Shown in pieces: positions 27,626 to 40,757 of a DNA stretch of 64,000 bases (its first letter is position 1; the number at the start of each line of letters is the position of its first letter). The DNA is taken from assembly GCF_009834535.1 (NCBI RefSeq), contig NC_045696.1, positions 86,182,001 to 86,246,000 on the forward strand, written 5' to 3'. A program made the translations under genes and the position numbers. The notes beneath the pieces are model-generated. The model was given only the letters and a program-made list of their open reading frames with translations. It searched no databases and had not been told where the DNA came from. Source of the DNA: Camelus ferus (lineage: Eukaryota).

Positions 27626-28322
27626 TTTAGGTCCTTTGCCCATTTCTGGATTGGGTTGTTTGTTTTTTTGTTATTAAGTTGTATGAGCTGTTTATACATT
27701 TCTGGAGATTAAGCCTTTGTCAGTCGCATCATCTGCAAAAATTTTCTCCCATTCTGTAGGTTGTCATTTTTTTTTTTGCTTATGGTTTCCTTTGCTCTAC
27801 AAAAGCTTATAAGTTTAATTAGGTTCCATTTGTTTAGTTTTGCTCTTATTTCTATTGCCTGGATAGATTGCCCTAGGAGAACATTACTAAGATTTATGTC
27901 AGAGAATGTTTTGCCTGTTTTCTTCTAGGATATTTATCATGCCTTGTTTTATATAATGCCATATGATATCACTCATATGTGGAATCTAAACAGGGAAAAA
28001 AAAGGACACTATGAACTCATCTATAAAACAGAAACAGACTCGCAGACATAGTAAACAATCTTATGGTTACTGGGGAAAGAGAGTTGGAAGGGATAAATTT
28101 GGGAGTTTGAGATTTACAAATTTTAGCCACTCTATATAAACGTAGATTTTAAAAAGTTTCTTCTGTATAACACAGGGAACTATGTTCAATATCTTGTAAT
28201 AACCTTTAGTGAAAGAGAATATGAAAATGAATATATATATTTATATGCATGACTGGGACATTGTGCTGTACATCAGAAATTGACACATTGTAACTGACTG
28301 AACTTCAATTAAAAAAAAAAAA
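27626..28322 (+). mobile_element. L1 with inverted 5' segment
   Basis: 27626-27950 is antisense ORF2 sequence. 27951-28322 is sense 3' UTR ending in poly-A. Confidence 0.85.
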
Positions 28323-28699
28323 CCCTATGGTGATATGGGCTTTTGTTGTTACACTACTGTGGCAGGAAACATGAACTTTTCTCAAGGAAAATATTTGTAC
28401 CATCTCTGGTTTTTCTTTGAGTTGATTCCAAGGTCAGTAAAATATTTTTGTTGGTAAATTCTGGTAAAAGGTGTTTTGTTTGCTATACTAGAAGAACAAT
28501 AAATGGAAAAAAATGTTACAATTCATTTTCTTAAAAAAATTTACCTTTCAAAGATAATTTTCCAATATTAAAATTTTATTTTAAGACAGCAGTGATCATG
28601 TGCTTCCACATTGGCAAGTGTTATGAACCTTAATGGGTAGAAAAACAGAGAAAGTTAACAACCTAACAGAGTCTCCACTTTCCAAGTCACTATCTATAG

Positions 28700-28912
28700 T
28701 AGAATTGGCAGACTTTCTCTAGAAGTGGCCAGATAGCAAGCATTTTCTTCCATGTTGGCCTTAATTAAGGTCTCTACCTTAATTAGTCAACTCTGCCTTT
28801 GTGGTGCAAAGGCAGCCACTGATGGGGTATAAATGTGTCCTAGTAAAACTTCATTTATAAAAACAGGCTGTGGACTGGGTTTGGCCTATGGACCTTAGTT
28901 TTCCAGCCTCTG
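28700..28912. mobile_element. MER58A (hAT-Charlie)
   Basis: 'ggcagactttctc..ggccagatag..tcaactctgcctttgtggtgcaaaggcagcca..aaaacttcatttataaaaacaggctgtggactgggtttggcc'. Confidence 0.8.
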
Positions 28913-31227
28913 ATGTAGATGATCTGCTTCCACTGTCCATCCAGAAGAAGGGACTGGTGGTGTTGGTTACATAGCTACTTGAACCAGAATACTCGGTCAC
29001 TCTGTACACTGGAGTGAATCGATGTTCATTGATTCACTTAAAGCATATAGGCTCTCTCTTAAATGGCTGACCTCATCTGTATGCCTGTTTTTCTTTACTA
29101 TTGCTTTTCAAATTGCCTTTTCAGAAGGAAATTTTCACTGAAAGAAAAGGAGGCACAATGGATATTGAAAAGACTCTTCCTCCAGGTTATTATACATATT
29201 ATCAGTCAGGACCCATAAGCAAGCATATCCCTTTCTTGTTCTGCACTGTCCTGAACAAATCTAAAAGGGCTTTTATATTGCCCAATTCTCATTTTCCCTT
29301 GAGTAAAATGGTAAGCTTGATATGCACTGTGAGGTATTTTTATGAGGATTAAATGAGATAACATCTAAAGACTCAAAGCAATGTGTTTGGCGCAGAGCCT
29401 ACCCTTTTTTATACATAAATTGCTATTTTCTATCTCATTCCTACTTTTCCCACTTTAAGTATTTTTCTCTCTTCACAACTAAAAAGCTCTTTTAAATTTG
29501 GTCTACCTAAGTGTATTCACATTTTCTCTTTATTTTATTCTTGATTATGTATTCATTTAGCAAATATATTGTTTACTGTGCTCAAATATGTGATATATTT
29601 TACACTTACCTCCAATTATGTGTCACATCTGATTTCCCACATTACTATCCTATTTAGATATGTACCTAAAAATTAATACCAATGTTTTCAAATAATTCCA
29701 TCCCTTGACATGGTTTTAGAAAAATATTCTCCATTGGATTTTTAGTTATCAGTTGTATCAGGAAATAATATATATGAATACTTATAATTTAAAATGAAGG
29801 AATGCAAACAGTAAAGAAATCTTGACATTTATCTTTTCTATATCCTTAATTTTTTTTTAAAGAAAGAACGAAACTTAATGAATTTGGGAAATTATGTCCA
29901 TCAAGCGAGCAGATAGAGTTAAAAACTACAATTCAATATGTAATTTAGTGATTCTTGCTATTTTTAAAAATATGATTCCTCTCACATAAATATCTAAAAC
30001 AACAGGCATTAATGTAGAAAAGAAAATGTCTTTTAAAATGCAGTTCAGGTCTATTTATATTAGCAAAGGATATTGTCTTTCTTATCCAATATTCATGTAA
30101 CTTGCTAAATTTTATCTGATTGTTCTCAAGACTAATATGGTTGGTAAGTTGTTGGTGATAATAGAGGTTAACTATATATGACCTCTTGTTTCTCGGCCTT
30201 AATTTCTCATTTCAAAATCACTTCCTCTGAGGTTTCCATTTTAAAGGAGTGAAGAAATTTATTATCACAGAACAGACATTTTCAATATCCTTAATCCTCC
30301 GTATGACACATAGCTTTGTTGATCCTGTAAGATTTTTTTCTGAGAAATTACTTTTTTTTAAAATGAGAAGTCAGACGCAGTTAAAATTTCAGTGTATCGG
30401 AAGTCCTCCTTGAGGCTTGAAGGATGCATGCAATTATGCTAATGGAACATCAAGTCCCTATTGCTAAGAAAAAGCTTGAGAGGTAGCTCAAGCCGGAATA
30501 AGTTGACCTCTCCAGAATAAAAACTAAGGATTTTTTTTCTCTCATATTTCCTAAAGTAATTAGCGAGGTTGGCAAATCTCATGAATTTGATTTAAACCAA
30601 ATGATACAGTGAATTCTACTCCAATAAAACTTCATATATTCTTTAACAGAATGAAATGTATTGCTTGTACACTCCAGCGTGTAATATAAAGGAGAACAGC
30701 ATATGGTGCCTCGCTAGAAATATTACCTAGTGAGCTCCAATAATAGTCAACAGAGTGGGCAGAGGTTATTTATTGCGAGAGCAAATATTTAGGGACTTTC
30801 CCTTTTAGCTGGAGGGTAGCATACAGAGGATTTGAAATCTCTATTGCCTCATTTTATTATCTTCATTATAAAACACTGCCAGTTTATTATGCTAACAGTG
30901 GTCAGGTTTTTTGTGTTTGTTTTGTTTTGTTTCCAGATAGGAAGAGTTAAGAATAAAGTAACTCTGTAAATCAGTAGCTGACAATGGAAAATGTGCAAAA
31001 TAAAAGCTCAGTTTTTCATTCTCACTTCCCCTGAGTGTCCTTACACAAGTTTACAAACGTATAATCAGAGAATGGAATTGGGGTGGGTTGAGAAAGATTA
31101 TCTGTGATTCAGTTTCAAGTCTATAATTCAATTCTCTCTCACATTTCTGGTCTCATGGGTCCCATTTCTCCATTTTCAAAGCAGTGTTAGGCCACATCTT
31201 TTGGGGTTATTTGTTGCTGTTTCTAAG

Positions 31228-31458
31228 GGTCTCTCGCCTCTGCCTCCCCCTTCCACTTATAAGGACCCTTGTGATTACATTGGACCTCCCTGAATAACAG
31301 AGGATAATCTCCTCATCTCCTGGTCAGTTATTAGCAACTTAATTCCATCTTTCCATCTCCAAACTTAATTTCCCTTTGCCACGTCATCTAACGTACTCAC
31401 AATTTTTCAGGCTTTAGGATGTAGACATATTTGAGGGGCCACTGTTCTGCCTGGCACA
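31228..31458 (-). mobile_element. MLT1 (MaLR) LTR fragment
   Basis: 'ttataaggacccttgtgattacattggacc..ggataatctcc..ttgaggggccactgttctgcctggcaca'. Confidence 0.8.
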
Positions 31459-34400
31459 AAGGTCTATGTTCCACTTTCACCTCTTTCTGCAAAAAAAGAT
31501 AACTTTTTGGAAAATGAGTTTATGAGCAATAGAAGGTAACTCATAATAGTACTGTCACAAATATGCATCAAACAATGATCTACTAAATCATAATTCCACA
31601 CATATAGAATTGGTCATAATTAGGCCACATTTGAAATTGAAATATTAATTATAGTGGTTACATATTCATTCTCTGTAAATTCTCCAATGATTATTTAAAA
31701 ATAATAGAAGAATAAAAATGTATTCTACTTTTAATTTTTGCATATTATAAATAATATGGCCTCTATGATTTACAGGGAAAAAAATCCCACAAATAATGAT
31801 ATGAAGCAGTAGAGTGTTCTGCTTAGAAATTAGTGACAAATAAAGGAGACTACAGAAAAAAATGCGTATGAGTTTAAGAGAGGTCATATTTTTAAAAAAA
31901 AGCAACAGATACATGTTAAAAAAATAAGAAAAGTATTAAATAAAAACTATCTACTTATCTAACTATGTATCTATCTATCATTGTCATCTGTATATTATCT
32001 TTCTACCTGTGATTCATTACCATCATCTGGTGTGCTCGACCTTAAGCATCCTAGGCTTATGAAATACATTCACACTAACTGTGCATATCCACATGTATTC
32101 TGATTTCTTCAGTCTCATGATCCTTAATCAAGCTGGGGTCTGGATATCCACAAGACTTTCCTTGGCTATTTCTGGGAGTCCAAAAGAAATCACAAACAGT
32201 ATATCTTATTTTCCCTTTCCTAATCTTGCTGCCACTTGAAAACGATCATAACCCTGCCAATATTTAGAACACCATACCTATGCCAAAAGAATCTCTCCAG
32301 AATCTCCCCAAACTTCCATTGTCCCTACAGCTTAAGAGATTTTTCACCTACCCAAGAAGTGATACCTTTTCTCCGACTGTGCCACAATTTCCCCTGAATC
32401 TCACAGAGTCTACATTGAAATATTCTTCCACCTTTAGGAGACTACTCCCTCACTGAGTATCTCATCGTATGTTTCCATGAAAGACAATTACTAAGTTTTT
32501 CTGTCTCACAAATTAAAACATGAGGACAAAACCTCAGTCAGAGTTTCTAGAGAGGGAAGGGGTTGCAACACCTCAGTGCTCTCCTTACTCATCTAACCTA
32601 AGTTCCTAGTCAGTACTCCCTCCATCCCAAGTGTGCATGCATTGGTGGTGGTAGCACATAGAAGAGGTTTTATATCCCATTTCATGCAACAAACAACTTT
32701 CTGGTGCATCTCCACCCATTCTCAACCCCCACATATATATTCCAGAAAGGGAAAAGCCTAAACTTACCACCAATTGTTAAATCTGGATATTGGCATTAGA
32801 GATTATATTTTTCTTTATTTGTGTCTTTTTAGATAATTTCCAGAAATGCATGCATTACCTTTCTAGTTAATAACAAAAGCATACAAGTATAATATAAGTA
32901 GTTTTGAATAAAATCATATCTGAAGAGAACTTGACAGATTACTCAGAATGGAAGACACAGAATTTTGACATTTGTCAGATGTTTAAAATCTAAAACAATG
33001 ACAGAAACTTTGTTCTCTTGCTTTCTCACACCCACCAGCTTCAGCAACATTTGATGCTGTGAAGACTTAGTTTCATGTATCTCCTTATTTATACTTATTT
33101 GCCATTGCATGATAAGTGTGTACAGTGAATAATTAGGTCTGACAGTGTTTTGGAGATAAAGAGTTACATAATGCATTAACAGTGTCATTGCAGTTGCAAT
33201 GAAGGCTTCATTGAAGTTCTGTTTCAAAGCATTTTTCTTATCAACTCCTGAAAGCTTTCCAAATTTCCATACTTACTCTCCATTTTGTAATTGACCAAAA
33301 AGTGAATGTCTGGCAAGCTCAGAGTCTAGCTGATCTGGGGTTCAGTATCTGTTTTCATCAGTGTTGACAGAATCCGCCTGGCCTTATTGAGGTGATGATT
33401 TGCCAGATCAATCTGTGTTCCAGCAGCTGCTTAAGCTATTCTTGATATAGACGAGGTACACTTCTAAGTACCTTAGCTCTTTACAGAGCTTTGTCTTTCA
33501 TATTTATAAACAAATACATATATATAGATATCTCCATTCAAACTCAGTTTTCAGATTCTCCCCTGTAATCTTTCCCTTACCTTCTTTAATTGCCTTCCCT
33601 AATTAACCAGTACAAATAAATTCAATATATCCAGTAATGTCCAACTTAAAAATATTCACTAAAGGCCTTTGTTAGTTTGATTTGCTAATAAACAAATTAC
33701 ATTATTACAATCACTGTTGCACTTAACATTAACTTAATATTAAGCATATTATCACCCACTGTTTTAACAATTTAACAAGGTGGAATGTAGAAGAAAGAGG
33801 AGGAAAGGAGGAATAGAAACAACGCAAATGTGAAGAGACAAGAGATTCTTCCTTTATACCTAAAAATGTGAACTCACTTTGAGTTGCTGTTGTTTTAGAT
33901 ATCAATAAGGAAAACAAAGGAAACATGGGGATAATGTAGGAGAGAAATTGGGAGTTTGGTTTTTATTTTTAAACAGGTAATATCACTGCTTTATGTAAAG
34001 TGGTTTTAAGACCCTTAAGTGAGGGAGGAAGTCTGTACTGTGTACCTGACATGTTAGCACCTTCTCTAATCAGCTGAACTCTATCATTCCAAAAATAGTT
34101 GTCAGCTGTTTAAAGAGACAACAGAACAAGGAGACAGTAATAAAAATAAGAATTCACATTTTCAGAGCTGAAAATATACCTGAGAGTTAATTGTCTTCAG
34201 AGATTTCTCAATATGCTATTACTTTAACATTTTTATTGGAGAAATCATTATAGTAACAACCTCTGTATCTTAGTTTTCTTGACTGTAAAATGAGAATAAT
34301 AATGTTGAGTCACAAAGTTTTTTAAATAATTGAATAAAATAATACATCAGCACTTGTAAAGCACTCAGCAAATATTAGCTATTATTTGAGTTACACAGAT

Positions 34401-35039
34401 CAAGCACTGCTAGGGTCCCAATTAGTTTACAAAATTGTAAGCATTATAAAAAAGGAGCAAGGAGAAATTTCCAGGAAGAAATTGTCCTAGGAAAAATACA
34501 GTAATGTATGTGAGTATGGCTATTTTAATAGGTGGATATGCTTAGAATAGTATTTTTTAAACTCCTTCCCCCAATATGCAAATTAAATGGCATTGCAGAA
34601 TCCTATTTTAAACAGAAATACCTGCATAAGAAAAAATTTATTTACCTGCATAATAAAAAAATGATAGCTGTAGATCCTAATATTCAAACATTATACCTTT
34701 GCATAATCGAACACATACTTTAAACTCTTCATAGTATGTGAGGAACAATAATTGTGTCAGCTACTGTTCTTAAGTCAGGGCATAGTTTTCCCTGACTCTT
34801 GAAGGGTCTGTTTTGAGAGCAGTACCTCTGCCCCATGATATGACTGCTGAAGTCACCAGACAGGAAGAAGTAGAGGTCATGGCAGGTTTCATACTATGCA
34901 ACCAAATGTTCTTTCGTGTTCTTTCAATGAATTCTGAATCTTGGGAAAGGTGGCTTGAGAGGAGGTGCCATGTCTTACCCCAGAACTGTTTTGGGGCCAC
35001 CTGTCATTTCTCTAACAGTAGTAATAATAATGATAATAA

Positions 35040-35280
35040 TTTCAATAGAACAGTTGTATTTACTACAGCTCGCAGTGCTAATCTCTTCTATGCACGACTT
35101 GTCATTTAATCCTCACAGTATGGTGAGTTAGATGTGATCATCACTATCTTACTAATGAGGACCCTAAGGCTTATAAGTAAGCATCTCCCCCAAGGTCTCA
35201 TAGCAAGCAATTGATAAAGTTAGAATTAAAATTCAAGTATGCCTGTCAAAAACCTGTGCTTTTTCCACTGTGTTATGCTA
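35040..35280. mobile_element. MIR SINE
   Basis: 'tcatttaatcctcacag..cttactaatgaggaccctaaggctt..cccaaggtctcatagc'. Confidence 0.7.
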
Positions 35281-38200
35281 CAGTGGCTGCAAAGTGCAGA
35301 GTCATGGGGAGTGTGAGATAATGCCACCTCCTTTCACCTCTAATGGGAAGGAGAAAACCAAAGACATTTATTAGGATAAGCAAGAACAGGCCTAGTGTAG
35401 GGAGCTCCCTGTTTTTCTCTTCTATTTCAATTCACTGGAAAATTTCAGATTTTTATTAAGAAATAAAATGGTCAATGGTTTTCATCCTCATAGCTTGTAT
35501 TCTTGTGATTAAAATATAATGTGTTAGATTGATTAAAATATAATTTATTAGCTTATAAAAAATAAGCATCAAACTTCTGACACATTATAAAAATAAAATT
35601 AATAAAAAGGAAGAACACATTCCAAATCTAACTAAAATTTAAAAGTATTTATTAAAACAAAGAAACAAGCAAACAAAAAATTAGATTTAACTATGGGCCC
35701 ATAGTATGCTTTTCTTACCCCCAAAATAATTGGGATTACTTGTAAAATTTCTTACAAATTATTTTTATACTCTTGAAATGGAGCAGTAAGGACTGAAAAT
35801 TATAGAAAGCAGTTATTAAGTAAGATTTTATAATGTCATAAATTAATCATATATTCAACATCTTTTTTATTTTTATATTTCAGATATTTTAAGAATCTAT
35901 TTTCCTTGAACCTATCCAGAACAGAGAAATGTAAGGGTTTAAACACCTTTATTTTTTCCAGTGGAGGTGCAGGGGTCAGAAAGAATCTTTATTTAGTCTA
36001 CTTAGTTATTTTAAATTCTTTATCCCACTAAAAATGATATATGGCTAAAAGATTACTTTCAGTAACCTCAGGATAAAGCACATGCCATCAACTCATTTTA
36101 TGTAATTAAAGGAGTTAAATTTTACAGTCTAGTTACTTTTTCTTATTCTCTATTTTCTATTTTTTTAATTTATTTTTTCTCTACTCTGTATTTTAAAAGG
36201 CTTTCTTGTAAAACAAAGCAAAACTTGTCCTATCCTATTTATATATTGTAACCCAACTTATTTTTATTTCTGGATTCCAATTTTGGGGTAATTAACCTCA
36301 ACAGAAATGTAATACAATTTAAGAGATTTGAACCAAAATGTCAGAGTTTGATTATACTTATTACAGACTGTGTGTATGTGTTTATTAGACTTCTCATATA
36401 ACTTTATGCAAAAAGGTACTATAAACTATTAGATATTTTATATTTGGGGTTGGACATTCTGTGTTAGACATTATAGTAATAAAGTTTACTGTGATCAATG
36501 TTCTAATTTTAACCTACTTGTGACTACCATTGGAATTCTTATATACCTGGTGAGTCAGGATGAAGGAAATTTATATAAGTACTAGTCTCTTTTTTAAATG
36601 TGTTCTTTAAAAAAAAAACTAACTATTATTAATAGGGAACAAAGAGGGCAATTATTTCATAATTTTCCCAGTAAACATGTCTATATGTAATTTTATATGA
36701 TAAAAAAAGACATTAAATTTGTACATTAAAATTTTAATTGATTTACATTTAGAAAATAATTATTAATTGTATGCTATGAAAGATGACAGATTTAGATTCT
36801 CTAAAATAATATTTTATGAACATTTTTCAGTCATACTCAAGTGTCTTTGAATCACAAAGTACAGTGTTGCTGAAAATTCTAACACAGCCTATGCTGGTAT
36901 TTCTGTTTCTTAATGTAAAAGAGAAAAAAATTAGAGTGAGAACTTTCCTACTGTATAATGATAATGTATGCAAGAAACAGTATTCACACACCTGGAACAA
37001 CATGAAAAAACTGTAACTTATACTTAACCAATTTTGAAATCAATATTTTAAAGATATTTCAATATAGATATCTTTTTTACTTTAGGAAAGAAACACTTTT
37101 CCCTGAGAGAATGTATCTAAATAAATGTCTATATGCTTAATGTTAAAATAAAAAGATACATATAAAATATACTGAAGATACTTTATGCATAAAGGAAACC
37201 TAATATTCATTATCACTGTATCACATGAACATTTCATCCATAATCTGTAAAAATTTCAATTTGTTTATTTATTTATTTTGCTTAAGCATACATAGTAGTG
37301 CATTTATTTGCTAATGTTCTGCTATAGGCCAAAGTGACAAAGGTATTTACTTTCTGGTGTTAAACCACCATATCCTTTTCAATAGCTACAATAATAAGTT
37401 TCTTAAAGTACTTTGGAAATTTATAAACTTGAAGAGTAATATGAGTGATGAAGCCTTCTAGAACTGAATGATTTTTCCTAATGTATTTTCCTAATATATA
37501 AAATGTCAAAATTAGAGAATTTTAAAGAATTATGTGCACCCCTGTAGATATACTATGTCCTGTAGATTTTAAAATTGTTAATATTTTGCCACATTTGCTC
37601 TAGATTATTCAACCAGCTTTAGTCATATCTTCAGCTATTACTAATAGTGTTCCCATGAATAAACGGGTAAGTTTTGATTTCCTAAAGAAAAATGTGAGTA
37701 TTGATTTCAATGAAAACTTTTGAGTATCAGGTTTTCTAAATTCATAAGTAATAAATTACAGGGAAATTCATTAAAGAAATATTTATGATCAAAAATATGT
37801 CACTGAGAGCATAATTCTAAGAATTGGTATAGTAGGCTTCTTCAATTACATTAATTATAAAATAAAAAGAACTCATTTTTATGGTATATAGAGGCCTGCT
37901 GTGTTTTTCAGTAATTAAAACTTCAATATATTTGCTAAGTATTTTTCTGTATTTATAATGAGCTCATAGTATTATGAATAAATATTACTTCTTGCAGTCA
38001 CTAAAAGTCAAAGAAAATAGCACTTAAAATAAAACCCTCATAGAGATTTAGTTTTTATTGAAGTCAACATTTGTGTCCAGTAACCTGTGATTTACAAATT
38101 AATTCCAGTTTGGTGCAGCCTGACAAGTAGCAGAGAAAGTAATAACAAATAAGGCTTAAACATAATGCTAAATCAAACCTTGAAAATTCTACAACTGATT

Positions 38201-38974
38201 ATCTCTGGGTTTCACTTACTAGTCTTTGGACATTTTCAGACATTTATGTTTTACTTGTTCAGTAAGGAAAAGCTGATAAAATATTGTGCTTTTACCAAGC
38301 TATAACTTACAAATTTATTTTGTGCAATTATTTATGTCATTTTTAAAAACCTATGTACAATTGTGGGAGTTATAGTAATATTAGCAACAAAATATATTAA
38401 TTACACTGTTTACTGAAATATATATTTATTGTCTTTTTAGATTTCTTCTGTTTCTCTTCTGTGTATATTTGTCAGATTCAAATTTTCATTTTGCTTATAG
38501 ATGACAATGCTCAAACTGAAAAAGTGGCATTTATGCATTTTAACAACCGTTTCTAGAGATATTATTTGGTTAAAGTGCAGTTTCAAGGAAGAGATTATAA
38601 TAAAGAGCACCTCTGTGATAAAACGCCCACATTGTAAATGTGATACATGTTTAATTATTCTTATACACCACTAGATCATAACTGACACACATGTTTAGCT
38701 ACTGTATTTTATTGTGATTCATTTTTTTGTCCTAATTTTGTATGATCATATTTGTTAGCTAGGTTTGTTAACTAGGTTTCAAGCAGCACTTTTTTTCCCC
38801 TGGAAATTCTATTTCAAATAATACAGGACAGATAGTTTTGTATTTACTTGATTGTAAATTCATACATTTGAGAATCATTTCATTTTTTTTCCCATGAAAA
38901 TTGCCAATTTTTAATGGTGGAAGTTTTAGCAATTTGTCAACTCAGCCACTTAATTATATAATTATTCCTCTAAC

Positions 38975-38977
<3 letters not shown>

Positions 38978-39010
<33 letters not shown>
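38978..39010. repeat. (TA)n microsatellite
   Basis: Directly visible. Confidence 0.95.
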
Positions 39011-39011
<1 letters not shown>

Positions 39012-39984
39012 CTTAATATTTGATAATATTTCTATATATCTAGAAAGGAATATGACACATAAATGTTTCTATGCTCTCATGGATTTTAAATATCTGAAAC
39101 ATTTTCCCAAAAGCAGTAGTGAAAACTACTTGTGGGGACTGTTGTCCACACTCCCATCATCAGTAACAACCTTAAAGGGGATGGCAGAGCAGCATCAATT
39201 CAAAGCAAAAATTCAAGAAATGGAAATGTTTTTATCATTGTGGGAGAAAAGAGTGAAGTCCTAGTCCTAGGAAGAACACAGTGACACGTTGAAATTTCCT
39301 TTTTGTATTTTCCTTTCTGGAGAGGCAGGTGTCTCTTTGATAGTGTCCTCTCTGGGAATGGAGTGTAAAGATCCTAAAAAAGCCAGGTATGATTAAGGAA
39401 AGATTGTCTACTCTTACACCCGTAATTTATGTAAATAAACTCCCTGGGTGTGGTGGCTTTATTTTTCTTTAATTTTTTGTGCTGTTCTTGGTTTTTCACA
39501 GTATTCTGATGAAATGCCATGATCTTTCAGAATTATCACAAAATATATTTCATGTATTGCTGAAGAAATTGATAGTTATTCAGTATTTTGTAAATCTCAA
39601 GATGGAGACACTATATTAGATCAATAGAATAGAAGCCTTGTACATAATGATTATTTACTTATATTTGATCAATATTTTTAATATTAATGTCAATGAAGAG
39701 GTTGTATTTCACAATCTACATATTATAACTGCATTTATTATTCTTTATCAGACTAAATTTTTTCATATATAAGGACAATAGGTCAAATATATGATCTATA
39801 GAAAACATTTTTCACCAGATTTGATTGTCAGTTAGTTCTTCAAAAATTCACTATGCCCTTGAATGCTATTAATCTGAAAACTGAGCCTCAAAATTTCTTT
39901 TAAAAGAGTAGTTGGAAGAAAGGGATTGGAGGATAAAGATTCCATAGAGAATTTTTGTAAAAAGAAGATTTGGAAGCTTAGCAA

Positions 39985-40245
39985 TAATAGCTATTGAACT
40001 TTTAATAAATGCCAGACACCTTCTTTCAGTGAGCTTTACATAGATTTCTCATCTTTACAATTTACAAAATGTTTATTTCAATCCCCTGGAAAAAACCCTA
40101 TAATATAGTAATATTATCTCCATTTTTCAGATGAACAAAACTAAAAAGTTATGCATCTTGCCTAAGATCACATAGCAGCAACTGTGAAAACCAGAATTCA
40201 TCCAAGTCTACCTGACAGCAGAACCTATGCTTTTATTCAACATTG
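39985..40245. mobile_element. MIR SINE
   Basis: 'attatctccattttcagatgaacaaaact..cttgcctaagatcacatagc'. Confidence 0.7.
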
Positions 40246-40267
40246 TGCATTACTGGTTGCTTAACTA

Positions 40268-40757
40268 CTTATTACTCAGGGTTCTCCAAAGAAACAGAAC
40301 CAATAGAAGATAGATATATAGCTATATAGATGTGGGAGAGAGAGAGATTTGTTATGGGGAATTGACTCATTTGCATTGTGGAGAATTCCTCCATCTGCCA
40401 TCTGCCAGCTGGAGACCCAAGAGGGCTGGTGGTAGTTTCCAATCCTAGTCCAAAGGCCTGAGAACCAGGAGAGAGCTGATGGTTTAAGTCTGTCCAAGGG
40501 CAGGAGTAGCCTGCTGTCCCCGCTCATCAGGCACAGAAGGAATAAACTCTTCCTCAGCCCTCTTGTTCTCTTCAGGCCCTCAACAGATTGGATTAAGTTC
40601 ACGCCTAATGTGGAGGGCAATCTGTTTTCCTCAGCCTACTGGTTCAAGTGCTAATTTCATCCAGGAACACCTTCACATTACACCCAGAAATAATGTTTAA
40701 CTGAATTTTGGGTACCTTGTGGCCCAGTCAAGTTGACACACAAAATTAACCATCACA
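40268..40757 (-). mobile_element. MLT2 (ERVL) LTR
   Basis: 'cagggttctccaaagaaacagaaccaatag..ggcccagtcaagttgacacacaaaattaaccatcaca' gives the canonical MLT2 termini. Confidence 0.9.

Noticed and set aside
34618..34662. Short tandem duplications (tacctgcataa x2; also 4371-4398 and 44388-44411)
   Set aside because: Ordinary slippage duplications with two units only; not arrays or CRISPR-like.
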